Shown: piece after piece, positions 23,101 to 35,897 of the stretch | Position numbering within the stretch: position 1 is the first letter of the stretch | Layout of the letters: every line of letters begins with the position of its first letter | NCBI RefSeq assembly: GCF_001194135.2 | Contig: NC_068982.1 | Coordinates: 59,498,260 to 59,541,396, forward strand | Reading direction: 5' to 3' | DNA length: 43,137 nt | Origin: Octopus bimaculoides | Lineage: Eukaryota | Program-made: the position numbers and the translations under genes | Notes under the pieces: generated by a model | Told to the model about the DNA's origin: nothing | Seen by the model: only the letters and a program-made list of their open reading frames with translations | Database searches by the model: none

Positions 23101-23572
23101 ATATATAGTTTTACATAAGCAGTTATACACCAACACATGTAGAACTGTATGCTTTGAGCTGAATATACCACTATAGAAACAAACTGTTATTTTTACAAAC
23201 ATTCAAGTGCATTTTCGAATATAAGTATATAGCGCATGTACAGATGCACAAATGCACACATGCTCACATGCATGTGCATTTGTATATAAACGAGTCAGTG
23301 AGAGAAAGAGATGTAGGTGGAAACTGACTGACTGGCAAAGTCTGTCAGATAGATTTATGCAGAAAAAAGAACCCCTTGAAAAGAACATTCTTTCATTAGA
23401 ATTCTTTTGTTCTGTAACAACACCAGCACCAACAAAATTAACACCACCACCTTCAACAACAACAACAACAATAACAGCAGTAGTAGTAGTGAAAACAATG
23501 TCAATATTATGTTCAAGACAACTCTAAATTGAACAGCAATGACACCACTATATATATATATATATATATATA

Positions 23573-23757
23573 TCATCATCATCGTTTAACGTCCGCTTTC
23601 CATGCTAGCATGGGTTGGACGATTTGACTGAGGACTGGTGAAACCGGATGGCAACACCAGGCTCCAGTCTGATTTGGCAGAGTTTCTACAGCTGGATGCC
23701 CTTCCTAACGCCAACCACTCAGAGAGTGTAGTGGGTGCTTTTACGTGTCACCCGCAC
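23573..23757 (-). mobile_element. RTE LINE 3' UTR, minus strand, running into gap
   Basis: Near-identical reverse complement of 39778-39967. Confidence 0.92.
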
Positions 23758-24315
23758 NNNNNNNNNNNNNNNNNNNNNNNNNNNNNNNNNNNNNNNNNNN
23801 NNNNNNNNNNNNNNNNNNNNNNNNNNNNNNNNNNNNNNNNNNNNNNNNNNNNNNNNNNNNNNNNNNNNNNNNNNNNNNNNNNNNNNNNNNNNNNNNNNNN
23901 NNNNNNNNNNNNNNNNNNNNNNNNNNNNNNNNNNNNNNNNNNNNNNNNNNNNNNNNNNNNNNNNNNNNNNNNNNNNNNNNNNNNNNNNNNNNNNNNNNNN
24001 NNNNNNNNNNNNNNNNNNNNNNNNNNNNNNNNNNNNNNNNNNNNNNNNNNNNNNNNNNNNNNNNNNNNNNNNNNNNNNNNNNNNNNNNNNNNNNNNNNNN
24101 NNNNNNNNNNNNNNNNNNNNNNNNNNNNNNNNNNNNNNNNNNNNNNNNNNNNNNNNNNNNNNNNNNNNNNNNNNNNNNNNNNNNNNNNNNNNNNNNNNNN
24201 NNNNNNNNNNNNNNNNNNNNNNNNNNNNNNNNNNNNNNNNNNNNNNNNNNNNNNNNNNNNNNNNNNNNNNNNNNNNNNNNNNNNNNNNNNNNNNNNNNNN
24301 NNNNNNNNNNNNNNN

Positions 24316-24356
<41 letters not shown>

Positions 24357-24388
24357 CATATATATATATATTTATACATATATATGCG

Positions 24389-24596
24389 CATGTGTGTGTG
24401 TTTGTGTCTGTGTTGGTCCCCTCACCAATGCTTGATAACCAATGTTGGCGTGTCTATGTCCCCGTAACTTACCAGTTCGGCCAAAGAGACTGATAGAATA
24501 AGTACTAGGCTTACAAAGAATAAGCTCTGGGTGTCGATTTGTTTGACTAAAGGTGGTGCTCCAGCATGGCCACAGTCAAATGACTGAAAGAATAAA
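24389..24596 (+). mobile_element. Family A SINE 3' half
   Basis: Standard 3' half downstream of (TA)n and the gap. Confidence 0.88.
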
Positions 24597-25014
24597 TGAA
24601 CATATATATAAAGAAAGAAATAATTATTATTATCATCATTGCCACTCATGATGATGATGATAATAATAATGATAATTATAAAAGCAATAATAGAAAAGGA
24701 TTTTAACAGCAGCAGTGTCAATAACAAAGTGATAAGATTGATAGACACAGAGAGCTATGACAATAGCAATGACAGCAAATTAATACGATATCAACATCAT
24801 CATCAACAGCAACAACAATGGTTTTAACAGCAGTAGATAAAATGCAACAACAACTACAAAAATGCTAACAGCATCGTTCCTGATAGCAAGGAGGCAAAAA
24901 AAAAAAGTATATATATATATATGTGTGTAATTTTTCATTAATATCATTGAAATATATTCAGCAATGATGGAGACTTAATGTCTGCTGTCACAAAGTCCTG
25001 AGTAATTGTGGGAG

Positions 25015-25500
25015 TGAGGTGGGAGAGAAAGGAGAAAGAAGGAGAAGGAGGAGGAGGAGGAAGAAGAAGAAAAAGATAAAAAGGAAGGGGGAAAATATTA
25101 AGTTGGTGGAATGGGATGATGGTGATGATAATGATGATAAACTGATTGAAAGAAGGAAAAAATCATGAGAAACAGAGAAACAGAGAGACAGACAGAAAAG
25201 CAATGATATGTGATACATACAATAATATTCATACACATACAAATGCAGAAACACATAGCATCAAAAAGGTAAAAGAAAAATGGATGAGCCGAGATAAAAG
25301 TAGATGAGATTGAAAGAATCAAAGAAAAATTAAAAAAACAGAAACAGGAGAGAAAGAGAGAGAGAGGGAGAGGAAGGTAAAGAAAGAGAGAGCAAGAGTG
25401 GAAGAGAGAAAGAGAGAAATAAAATGGTGAATGTGAGAATGAAAAAGAAAGAACTGAGAACAAGAAAGAGGAAAAGGGAGATGGAATTTATCAGAGAGAA
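25015..25500. repeat. Purine-rich (GA/AAG) low-complexity tract
   Basis: Directly visible; generates F/L/S-rich pseudo-ORFs on the minus strand. Confidence 0.85.
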
Positions 25501-26307
25501 AATGAAATTCTGATGCAACCAACCACCAACAATTGCACTGTGAGTTTCCTTCTGCTGCCAATATGTAACAAAAGTCATATGCCTTAAAGACCACTACAGG
25601 ATTTTATAGTAAGCTACCAGCACTGTAAATGTCATATTTTTGATGAATTCTCAGTTGGTGTGAAAGTAGAATTTGAATTTTGATAGTCTCACAAAATATT
25701 TGTTTCCTAGTGCTCTTTTGATGTTTGTGATTTTAACAACAATGAAGTGGCAATATTTAGCTTGTCACTGGTTGAAAGATTAAAATGCAATGAGAAATAT
25801 TTTAAAGCAATTGTTTTTGTTTTTGCTATTGCTGTTGTTACTGGTGGTGGGGGGGGCAGCATTATTATTGTTGTTGCTGTCATGTGAGTTTTCTTCTAGA
25901 ATAACAATGGATTTTTAGTTATGAAGCCCCCCCCCGCCTCATTAAATCTATGATTTCTGTCTTTGATGCATGATACAATCTTCATACAAGACAACAGATA
26001 TACCGCAATAAATAGTCTGACCTTCTGTATTTACCCTCTATAATGCTGCATAAGATTGAAAATACAGATTTGTCTTATACCTGCAATAATTGCTTTGTTG
26101 ATTTTCATCTCACATCTATTTTCCCACGTTGGCATAAGATGGATGAAAACTTACTGAGACAGTATTTTAAGACTAGACACCAGTGGCATTATGATGGTTG
26201 CTGTATTGGATGTGCTGCCACACCCAATGCCACCAAATTCCAGGCAGGGGTATAACAAAAGTTTTCCATAAAGATTTGTGATTAAATTAATGAGTAAAGT
26301 TAATATA

Positions 26308-26472
26308 GGCGCAGGAGTGGCTGTGTGGTAAGTAGCTTGCTTACCAACCACGTGGTTCCAGTTTCATTCCCACTGCGTGGCACCTTGGGCAAGTGTCTCC
26401 TACTATAGCCTCGGGCCAACCAAAGCCTTGTGAGTGGATTTGGTAGACGGAGACTGAAAGAAGCCCATCATA

Positions 26473-26505
<33 letters not shown>

Positions 26506-27255
26506 NNNNNNNNNNNNNNNNNNNNNNNNNNNNNNNNNNNNNNNNNNNNNNNNNNNNNNNNNNNNNNNNNNNNNNNNNNNNNNNNNNNNNNNNNNNNNNN
26601 NNNNNNNNNNNNNNNNNNNNNNNNNNNNNNNNNNNNNNNNNNNNNNNNNNNNNNNNNNNNNNNNNNNNNNNNNNNNNNNNNNNNNNNNNNNNNNNNNNNN
26701 NNNNNNNNNNNNNNNNNNNNNNNNNNNNNNNNNNNNNNNNNNNNNNNNNNNNNNNNNNNNNNNNNNNNNNNNNNNNNNNNNNNNNNNNNNNNNNNNNNNN
26801 NNNNNNNNNNNNNNNNNNNNNNNNNNNNNNNNNNNNNNNNNNNNNNNNNNNNNNNNNNNNNNNNNNNNNNNNNNNNNNNNNNNNNNNNNNNNNNNNNNNN
26901 NNNNNNNNNNNNNNNNNNNNNNNNNNNNNNNNNNNNNNNNNNNNNNNNNNNNNNNNNNNNNNNNNNNNNNNNNNNNNNNNNNNNNNNNNNNNNNNNNNNN
27001 NNNNNNNNNNNNNNNNNNNNNNNNNNNNNNNNNNNNNNNNNNNNNNNNNNNNNNNNNNNNNNNNNNNNNNNNNNNNNNNNNNNNNNNNNNNNNNNNNNNN
27101 NNNNNNNNNNNNNNNNNNNNNNNNNNNNNNNNNNNNNNNNNNNNNNNNNNNNNNNNNNNNNNNNNNNNNNNNNNNNNNNNNNNNNNNNNNNNNNNNNNNN
27201 NNNNNNNNNNNNNNNNNNNNNNNNNNNNNNNNNNNNNNNNNNNNNNNNNNNNNNN

Positions 27256-27314
<59 letters not shown>

Positions 27315-27530
27315 ATACGTTTGTGTACCTGTGTTTGTCCCCCCAGCATTGCTTGACAACCGATGTTGGTGTGTTTACGTCCCCGTAACCTAGTGGTTCG
27401 GCAAGAAAGACCGATAGAATAAGTACTAGGCTTCCAAAGAATAAGTCCTGGGATCGATTTGCTTGACTAAAGGCGGTGCTCCAGCATGGCCACAGTCAAA
27501 TGACTGAAACAAGTAAAAGAGTAAAAGAGT
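26308..27530 (+). mobile_element. Family A SINE, full length, internal microsatellite collapsed into a gap
   Basis: Head GGCGCAGGAGTGGCTGTGTGGTAAG at 26308; tail AAGTAAAAGAGTAAAAGAGT at 27530. Confidence 0.92.
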
Positions 27531-27781
27531 ATTTATTATGAATTTGCCATTTTCAATGGGTGTGCATTGCATACCTAGCACACCCAGAATATATGTCCCT
27601 GCTTGTTTTCAAGCAAGGGTAGGTCTTTTCTTTTAGTTCCACTTGGTTTTAAAAGCATATTGTTATAGGACATAGTGTTCATTGGAAAAGTAAACATGAC
27701 AATGCTATTTTGATTGAACAAAGGCATGCAAACATGCAGAATCTAAACAGTCTTACCTGCATACATGCATACACACACATT

Positions 27782-27816
<35 letters not shown>

Positions 27817-28039
27817 CCATTCACATGCACATACACACACATACATGTGTTTGTGATAGGCTTTCATACAATTTCCATCTGTTTCACTCACAATGTATTT
27901 GTCTACCTATGATAAAGATATGATAAAGGACAATGATAAAGGGCACATGCACAAGGTGTCACAAACTGGGAAGCAAAATCAATATACACATTGTCATACC
28001 TGAGCCTTTTCTAAAACAGGTATAAGGTCACAAATTTTA

Positions 28040-28335
28040 GGAAAGAGAAACAATAGATCGAATCAATGTTTAGAGCTTGACTGCTAATTATTTTATCAAC
28101 CTTGGTAGGATGAAAGACAAAATGTGCCTCAGCTGGTTTTGGTCTCAGAGCATAAATGGAGACAGCTTCTTAAATACAAGATATTTTCATTCTGTTACCT
28201 TACCTTACCTGTTCAGCCATTTCACCATCCTTTTTGCTTTCCACATATTCCAGTCATTAGAGTGCAGCCATACTAGAGCACTAAGAAGTTTTAGATGAAT
28301 GAATCGACCCCAGTACTTACTTTTTGTTAAACCTG
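28040..28335 (-). mobile_element. Degraded family B fragment (~28040-28150) and family A 3' fragment (~28245-28335)
   Basis: TTATTTTATCAACC…GGATGAAAG and CAGTCATT…GCAGCCATACTAGAGCAC…ATCGACCCCAGTACTTA are reverse complements of family motifs. Confidence 0.6.
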
Positions 28336-28342
28336 GTACTTT

Positions 28343-28434
28343 AGGAGTGGCTGTGTAGTGTCTTCTACTATAGCCTCAGGCCAACCAAAGCTTTGTGAGT
28401 GGATTTGGTAGACAGAAAATGAAAGAAGCCCGTC

Positions 28435-28518
<84 letters not shown>

Positions 28519-28737
28519 GTATATGTTTGTGTGTCTGTGTTTGTCCCCCAAACATCGCTTGACAACTGATGCTGGTGTGTTTATGTCCTTGTCACTTAGC
28601 GGTTCGGCAAAAGAGACGGATAGAATAAGTACTAGGCTTACAAAGAATAAGTCCTGGGGTCGATATGCTCGACTAAAGGCGGTGCTCCAGCATGGCCACA
28701 GTCAAATGTCTGAAACAAGTAAAAGAGTAAAGAGAGT
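28343..28737 (+). mobile_element. Family A SINE with deletion of most of the tRNA head
   Basis: GGAGTGGCTGTGT joins AGTGTCTTCTACTATAGCC, followed by a long (TA)n and the standard tail. Confidence 0.9.
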
Positions 28738-28747
28738 ATATCAACAG

Positions 28748-29028
28748 CCTTTTTGCCAAACTGCTAAGTTACAGGGACATAAACACACCAACACCAGTTG
28801 TCAAGCGGTGGTGGTGGACGAACACAGACACACACACATGCAAAAATATATGTATACGTATATTTGATGGGTTTCTTTTTATTTCCATCTACCAAATCCA
28901 CTCACAAGGCTTTGATTGGCCTGAAGCTATAGTAGAAGACACTTGCCCAAGGTGTCATGCAATGGGATTGAACCCAGCACTATGTGGTTGAGAAACAGGC
29001 TTCTTGCCACAGAGCTGTGCTTGCACCT
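28748..29028 (-). mobile_element. Family A SINE, minus strand, 3'-truncated
   Basis: Reverse complement of head, core and part of the 3' half. Confidence 0.88.
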
Positions 29029-29039
29029 CCCAATTTTTA

Positions 29040-29390
29040 TCTTTTACTGGTATCAGTCATTGGATGACAGCCATGATGAGGTACCACTTTAAAGGGCTTA
29101 GTTGAACAAATTGACCCCTGTACTTATTTTTTAAGTCTAGTACCTATTTTATCAGTTTCTTTTGCCAAACCACTAGGCTACAGGAATATAAAAAAAAACA
29201 CAGGTACACACACAAATAATGGCCTCCACACAGTTTCTGTTTACCACATTCACTCATATAGCATTGGTCGGCCTGAGGGTTAAAATAAATTACACCTGCA
29301 CAAGGTATTGCACAGTACAACTGAACCCCAAATCATGTGATTTCAATGCAAGCTTGCTAACCTCACAGTCACACCTGCATTCATACCTGT
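29040..29390 (-). mobile_element. Older family A-like SINE, minus strand
   Basis: CTTTTACTGGTATCAGTCATT…CAGCCATG…TTGGTCGGCCTGAGG…CAAGGT…CTGAACCC. Confidence 0.7.
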
Positions 29391-29598
29391 GTGTTTTTCA
29401 AAAAGCTGTATGACATTCTCTTGTTACACATTATCTGCACTTGTTTTTACATATTTGGAATCATAGCATTAGGGTTAAATTAGAGGGATGAATTTAAGAA
29501 CAGGTAAATTTAAACTATAAAGCTTGATGCATAAAAAACATTATTCTCCGAGCTTTGGTAATGAAATGAAGAAGTACTGTCATTGTTTGATGCTTTAA

Positions 29599-29815
29599 CA
29601 CTTTTGATTTTAACCCAGCCAAAACTGCCTCCAGCTCTACAGTACAAATGTCTTGTTTTCAAAAGTTCTGAATTAAAATCTTCCACCAAACTTTAGTTAC
29701 AATTTATATTCCTAACACTAGCTTAATGATAACTAAGTTATTTTCTAAATTCTTATATTTAAAATTAATTAAAAGAAACAAAGAGCATCTCAACATAAAT
29801 ATGTTAACAAAAGGG
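29599..29815. mobile_element. Second TTAA-flanked piggyBac-like MITE family
   Basis: TTAA(29595-98)-CACTTTTG … CAAAAGGG-TTAA(29816-19). Confidence 0.7.
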
Positions 29816-30059
29816 TTAATCTGATTTTATTTTTATTGTTGCATAAATATGGTATTATTCTAAATTTTATATTACCAGTTTCATCTATAATGTTGAAAGT
29901 GTATTGTTTCTTGATTTTTCTACAAATTTATTACCAAGAGCAGAAAAATATATTTTACTAAAAATTTTTTCAAATGAGGTGTGAAATTTTTAGAAATTGA
30001 TAATTTTTCTATTCAAAATTACTAAAAGGACAATATTTCTACATTATATATACAAAATC

Positions 30060-30335
30060 ACCATCATCATCATTTAATGTTTATTTTCCATGCTGGCACA
30101 GGCTGGATGATTTGACCAAAGTTGGTCGAAGCATTTTGTTTGTTGTGCTAACAATTCTATTAACTCACCAACTTATTAATGATAACAATGATAATTACAA
30201 TAAAAATAATCCTTTCTACTATTGGCACAAGACCTGAAATTTGGGGGTAGGGGACAAGTTGATTATGTTGACCCCAGTGCTTAACTGATATTTATCAACC
30301 CCAAAAGGATGAAAGGCAAAGTCAACTTTGGCATG
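30060..30335 (-). mobile_element. RTE 3' tail fragment (30060-30120) and family B SINE fragment (30175-30335)
   Basis: CATCATCATTTAATG…TTTCCATGCTGGCA and GACCCCAGTGC…TTTATCAACCCCAAAAGGATGAAAGGCAAAGTCAAC. Confidence 0.7.
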
Positions 30336-31774
30336 TCAGCAGATTGATATTTTTGCTCTTTGCCTGTATACATCAGACTAGCAATTTGAATTTGTTTTGA
30401 GAGTGACTTAAGTATATTCGACTGATGAGATGAAATAACAGTAAAATATTAATATCTACTATTTTCATTCGTCTTCAGAGCAATTCATTTCACCTGGTTT
30501 TGAGATATAAAGTGGTTTTTGTTTTAACATTATGTCTTAAAGGGATTTCCCTTGGATGAAATACTACAGTCTGAAAGCATTTAACAACACACAGACATTA
30601 AGTACATTGGGTCAATAATGTGTGTGCGTGTTTAGATATGTGCTCTATCAAAGTTATAAGGTGTGAGTAGTGTTGCTTTGTATTTTCAAAGACGTATAAA
30701 ATGAAGGATCCCTTACTTAAAAATAAGGTAAAGGTTAGCAACAGGAAAGGCATCCAGCTGTAAAGTAATACCTCCATAATATATTCATCTAACCCATACT
30801 TACATAAATAAAAAAAAAAACAGACATAAAATGAAACAAATGTATACACTCTGTACCAATTCTACTACCCTATAAAGAGTAGAGTTAATGGTGATATACC
30901 CAGTATACCATATACCCAGCCAGAATGTACGGTTCTTAAACATTATTCATTTGTTTATTTATTTAATAGGCACCAGATTGTAGAGGTTTTCTATGCTATC
31001 AGGTGAAGTAGAAAGAAACACACCAGTAGCACTAATTGTTTCCTGCTTGTCACATTCCAGTTGTTATTTATAGTTGATGAGGTTATTTTTTTTTCTGAAT
31101 TATGTGTCAGTATTGAAGTTAGTAGAGATTTGCTAGTCTTTTGTAGTTAGAGTAGCTGAAGCAATGCTTTTCTTGGCAACATCCACCATCATTATCTTTG
31201 GCTTATTATTTTCATTATCACTTTTGTCTTTGAAGCCACATAAGATTAGTAACTTACTTAATTTTAGTAAGGGCATTATTTTACCAGTCCATTATTTTGC
31301 TTTAACAGGTAAACTGGATTTCTTTTTTTAAGTGAAATATTCAATATAACAAGTCTGTGAGTCCTTTACCTATAATCATAAGTAAAATTTATATTGATAC
31401 ATTTCAGTATAAAAACGTGTATGTGTGTGTCTTTGTATGTATGTGCATGTGTGCACGTGTATCTAAGAATGAACAGCATGGCCGCAGTCAAAAATGAGTG
31501 AAACAAGTAAATGGTAAAAGGTATCTGTTTGTGGAAGCAAACATGGAAAAGCTGTAGCAGAGTTTATTCATTTGACACTCGTGAACCACTTTGATACTAC
31601 TCAGAGTTTCTCATCAGATGATCCTTTGAGTGATGAAATCCTTTTTAGCTTCTGTTGGATAACATATAATGAATAACTTTGAATAGCATCAGAGCATATT
31701 AACAGCTTGAAACAAATGTGTGGAGAAGCAGTAAGAGAAAGACATTCAATGAAGAGAGACAGACCGACAGACAA

Positions 31775-31813
<39 letters not shown>

Positions 31814-32499
31814 CACACACACATGCACACATACACATGCATGCAAAGAAAAAGAGACAGTGGGAGAGAAAGAGATTCCATTTCAAAAACTATTTCCTAA
31901 ATAGATTATGTTTAATAAATTTTTAATAATTCCATTACTAGCAATGTTATACATCATTATTAACTATCATTATAATCATCATCACCATCGTTATAACCAC
32001 ACCTACCCACATGAACACGATACTGCTGCTGCCATGATGGCACACTATCTACTAACCTTTATTAAAGTTACTATCACTAAAAATGCCACCATTTATTCCG
32101 TGATAGCCACAAACAACAAATGTGATCTCCAGCATCACTGCTATCACTACTGAAAAAAGTCAATCACCATTATAATAGGCTCCTAATAGAGAACATCATT
32201 GCCATCATCGCTGACAACACCTTCACAACCTACCTATACACAACTGCTATCATAGCTAATTAACTCTACTACACTACCACCAACAAAAACAAAAACACTG
32301 CCACCACAAACGCCAGTACTGTCATAGATAATTCTGCCAAACCTTTTCGTCTCTTTGTACTAAATAGATCTCTCATCTTGCCCATGTTAACAAGTGATGA
32401 ATCTCAACAACGAGGCACTTGAAAGTTATATAAGGGTCAATATGAAGCACCTAGAAGGTCAGGTGAAATATTAAGAGTGGTTGGAGAAGTGATACTTAC

Positions 32500-32533
32500 C
32501 GATTTCTTCTTCCCAAGAATATGTCATAACTGG
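32500..32533 (-). other. Candidate minus-strand microexon (34 nt, or 30 nt from the alternative AG)
   Basis: Minus strand: >30-nt poly-T/pyrimidine tract-gcattcgacag|CCAGTTATGACATATTCTTGGGAAGAAGAAATCG|gtaagtatc. Open as PVMTYSWEEEI or SYDIFLGRRNR. Product not recognised. Confidence 0.5.
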
Positions 32534-32542
32534 CTGTCGAAT

Positions 32543-32580
<38 letters not shown>

Positions 32581-34914
32581 AAGAAAGAGAAAACGAAAGA
32601 AAACAACACTATAATTAGACAACAAAAAGAGAAAGAAGTCAAAACATATTCATTAATTCAACTATCTCCCACATGCGCACACAAAAGTCATACATTTAGA
32701 AGGAGGGAAAAAATGGAAGAAGATAGGGGAAAATATTCGAATGCATTTTCAAAGATATTTTGTCACTGACATTCTAGCTGATCAGTAAGAGTTTTGTCTG
32801 TTCTCAGTGATTTAGTTGATAGTCAACGAATATCATGGCCCTTCCATTAAGTTGGCCAATGCTTTGGAAGAAGTAAAATAGTCGGAAGCTGCTCCACACT
32901 GATCTTGGGAAAACTCTATGTTCTGACAGAAAGTTTGTTTCTTTTGTTTTTATTAATTCATAAGGAATTAGTCAGCTAATTTCTAGAGGCTAACCTGTTA
33001 AGTAGGTGTTTGTGCTTGGTTTAAAGTTCAACACTTAAAGTCAAGTATGAAGTGTGCACATACGCCAATAACACCGGTCACATAATTATCGCAGAAGAAA
33101 GGTAAGGGAGTTTGGAGATTACTTTCAACTATCTTCACTATTAGAAACAACTCAATAAAACACTTAGAAAACCATTCAATAAAGAGGGTGACACTCCCCA
33201 AGGAGAGACAATTCAGTGAGTAAAATACTAGTTGACTGCAGATTAGAAACTGTTTTACACTTTCATAATAACTTACTTTCGTACACATACACACACGTAC
33301 ACACACATTAAAAATATTGTTATTCTGTTATTGTTTTATTGTTTTTGCAATTCTTTGAAGTAAGATTTGAAATCCAAATCTTAAAGTTCACTGAACTCAG
33401 TAGTTCAAACTGTTGCTAGTAAGCCCCAAGATTTTGCCATTGTATATATATATATATATATATATGTTTGCATGTTTGTATAGGTATGTGTGTGAGTGTA
33501 TGTATGTATGTATAAAGGCATGGAATTGTGTTAGACCCACCAGCCAGTAACCGGGGTCCTTCTGTGTCTGTTCTCTATTTGCCTGTGCATCTACTATATG
33601 TTTTTTTAACTTGCCAGTCTGTGTCTGTTTTTCTTGTTTGTGTATTTACTATACATTTTTTAACTTATATTTTCATTTATTTTGAGATAGATAGATATGT
33701 ATGCAGGTTTCCGTTTTCTTATCCACTAAACCTTTATAAGATCTTGCAGATTTTTATAGTCTCAGACACCACTGTCATTTCTAGCATATGTATTAAGGAG
33801 TGGCATTCTCTCCCTAAGTTCAGCCATACTTTGTTCCACATAGGTTGGTACGAATCCTGTTGCTCCAATAATGATAAGCATGAAACTGAAAGTGCATCTT
33901 GCAATCTCCTCACCAATGGTTCACAGAGAATTTCTTTCCCCTGTATTTTTCTGATCGTATTTATGTTCAGAGAGTAGCCAATTTATGCAAGAGATCATAT
34001 ATTTATGGGACCCCACACAACATCATCTAGTCAGTTGTGTTTTAACTCGGTGGCTGTTTTAATTTTTAAATCCCAACCTATATTTTTTTAACCCATCGGT
34101 CTAAATATAGCCAACTTTGCTAGTATTCTACTCAGTTTCTATCAATCAAATTTCATTTACAAAGTATTGGTTATTTTGATGCAATGGTAGATGACCCTTG
34201 CCCAAAGTGCTATGCAGTTAAGATCACGCCTAAAACTACAAAGATTTGGAAACAAACTTCTTGATCATGACACCATAACTTTTAGAGTCTCTTTTTATTC
34301 ATTACTTACATATGAATGAATTATACAGGTTTAAAGATATACATGTATAAAAGACGTATTTGTTAGGTGAAATATCCTCTTTTTTTATTTATGCAACATC
34401 CAGGAAAAATCACAAATGAGTAAGTGAAGTATGAAATTCTGAATTACATGTGAGTTAACCATGGTTATTCCATGCACTAAAGGATATAGAAATGAGATAA
34501 CAGTTCTGGTCCTCAACTATAATAATTAAAAATAGTAATTAGAGTATTAAGAATAGTAATTAAAGCATAAGGTTCAATAGACTAGTGACGATTACAAGTA
34601 CTTTGTATGAATTAAAATGACAGGTGAATTAAAAGCTATCATTTACATATTTGTGATGCCTCTCTAAATCTTTGTTCTGTTGTAATCTGATGTATTTCAG
34701 ATGTACTTTGTATGGAGATATAATTTTTGATACGAGAGTATCAAAAATCATAAAAAAATATTCCAGCAATTAAAAACTATAATCACAATATGACTGTTGC
34801 TCCTGCTGTCTGTATTCATCATGTCCTCAACACAGTGGAACTTTGATTGAAGTCAAGCCAATGGGAGGTGAGCAAGCTATCAAGTGAGACAAAATAATGT
34901 GAGAGCTTCTGTGT

Positions 34915-35267
34915 CACTGGTTCTCAACCGGGGTCCATATAAGATATTTTGGGGTCTGCATAAACAAAATGGTAAAATGGGAGTTCACAGAAGTATTTTA
35001 GGGATTCATGAAAACATTTTTTGCAGAAAGCAACGAGGTTTCTTTAATACTTAACATGGTTCAACATGTATCAAGCCACTGAAGCAAGTTATCTCTGAGA
35101 ATGCTATCGCAAAATTACACAAGTGAATGCATGAAAAACAAAACAGGAATTTTGTAAGAATTATCTTTAAAGCTGGTTTTTAAACATGGAATAGCTACTG
35201 GGGTCCACCAGAGTAAAACAGTAGTAAAACTGAGTCGAAATGTTAAAAAAATGGTTGAAAACCACCA
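34915..35267. mobile_element. hAT/Charlie-like MITE, second copy
   Basis: CACTGGTTCTCAACC … GGTTGAAAACCAC. Colinear with 10869-11188, with an extra ~50-nt segment near 35060-35115. Confidence 0.78.
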
Positions 35268-35289
35268 CTCTAAGCAATCACATAACCTG

Positions 35290-35362
35290 TTAGAAATAAC
35301 AGCCAAATCTATTAAATTACACCTGACTTTTTTTAAAAAAGAAAGGATATGTTTGACAGTAT
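35290..35362 (+). repeat. Short dispersed module GAAATA(A/G)CAGCCAAATCT… (also ~10738, ~37408, ~38575)
   Basis: Four similar 25-70 nt copies within the window; family unknown. Confidence 0.55.
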
Positions 35363-35499
35363 CCAAAATATGAATATGCAAAAAGGACAGAATGCTTATG
35401 GTTAGAATCTTTTTTGATTATATATAACTTCTTAATCAGGGTTTCTGAGATAGCTAAGCAACAAGCAGATGTTGTCACACCAAAGTGTTTAGGACTATA

Positions 35500-35897
35500 G
35501 GCGCAGGAGTGGCCGTGTGGTAGGTAGCTTGCTAACCAACCACATCATTCTGGGTTCAGTCCCACAGCATGGCATCTTGGCAAGTGTCTTCTATTATAGC
35601 CTTGAGCCGACCAAAGCCTTGTGAGTGGATTTGGCAGACAGAAACTGAAAGAAGCCCGTCGTATATATGTATATATATATCTGTGTGTGTGTTTGTGTGT
35701 CTGTGTTTGTCTCCCTAACATTGCTTGACAACCGATGCTGGTATGTTTATGTCCCCTTAACTTAGCAGTTCAGCAAAAGAGATCGATAGAATAAGTACTT
35801 ACAAAGAATAAGTCCCGGGGTCAATTTGCTCGACTAAAGGCGATGCTCCAGCATGGCCGCAGTCAAATGACTGAAACAAGTAAAAGAGTAAAAGAGT
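35500..35897 (+). mobile_element. Family A SINE, full length, best-preserved copy
   Basis: Complete head (A/B boxes), CORE-like GCATCTTGGCAAGTGTC, short internal TA/TG and tail (GTAAAAGA)2. Confidence 0.93.

Noticed and set aside
25505-25552. AATTGCACT (miR-92-type seed) in a small hairpin
   Set aside because: The stem is only ~12 bp with a large loop, and the sequence beyond the seed does not match the family.
30421-31625. Other CTGATGA hits (30422 plus strand, ~31611 and ~39637 minus strand, ~1688)
   Set aside because: None has a stem II followed by GAAA, so they are not hammerheads.
33528-33977. 149-aa ORF and overlapping open frames on both strands
   Set aside because: The 5' half is T-rich low-complexity sequence and a SINE scrap, there are no good splice sites, and no product is recognised.
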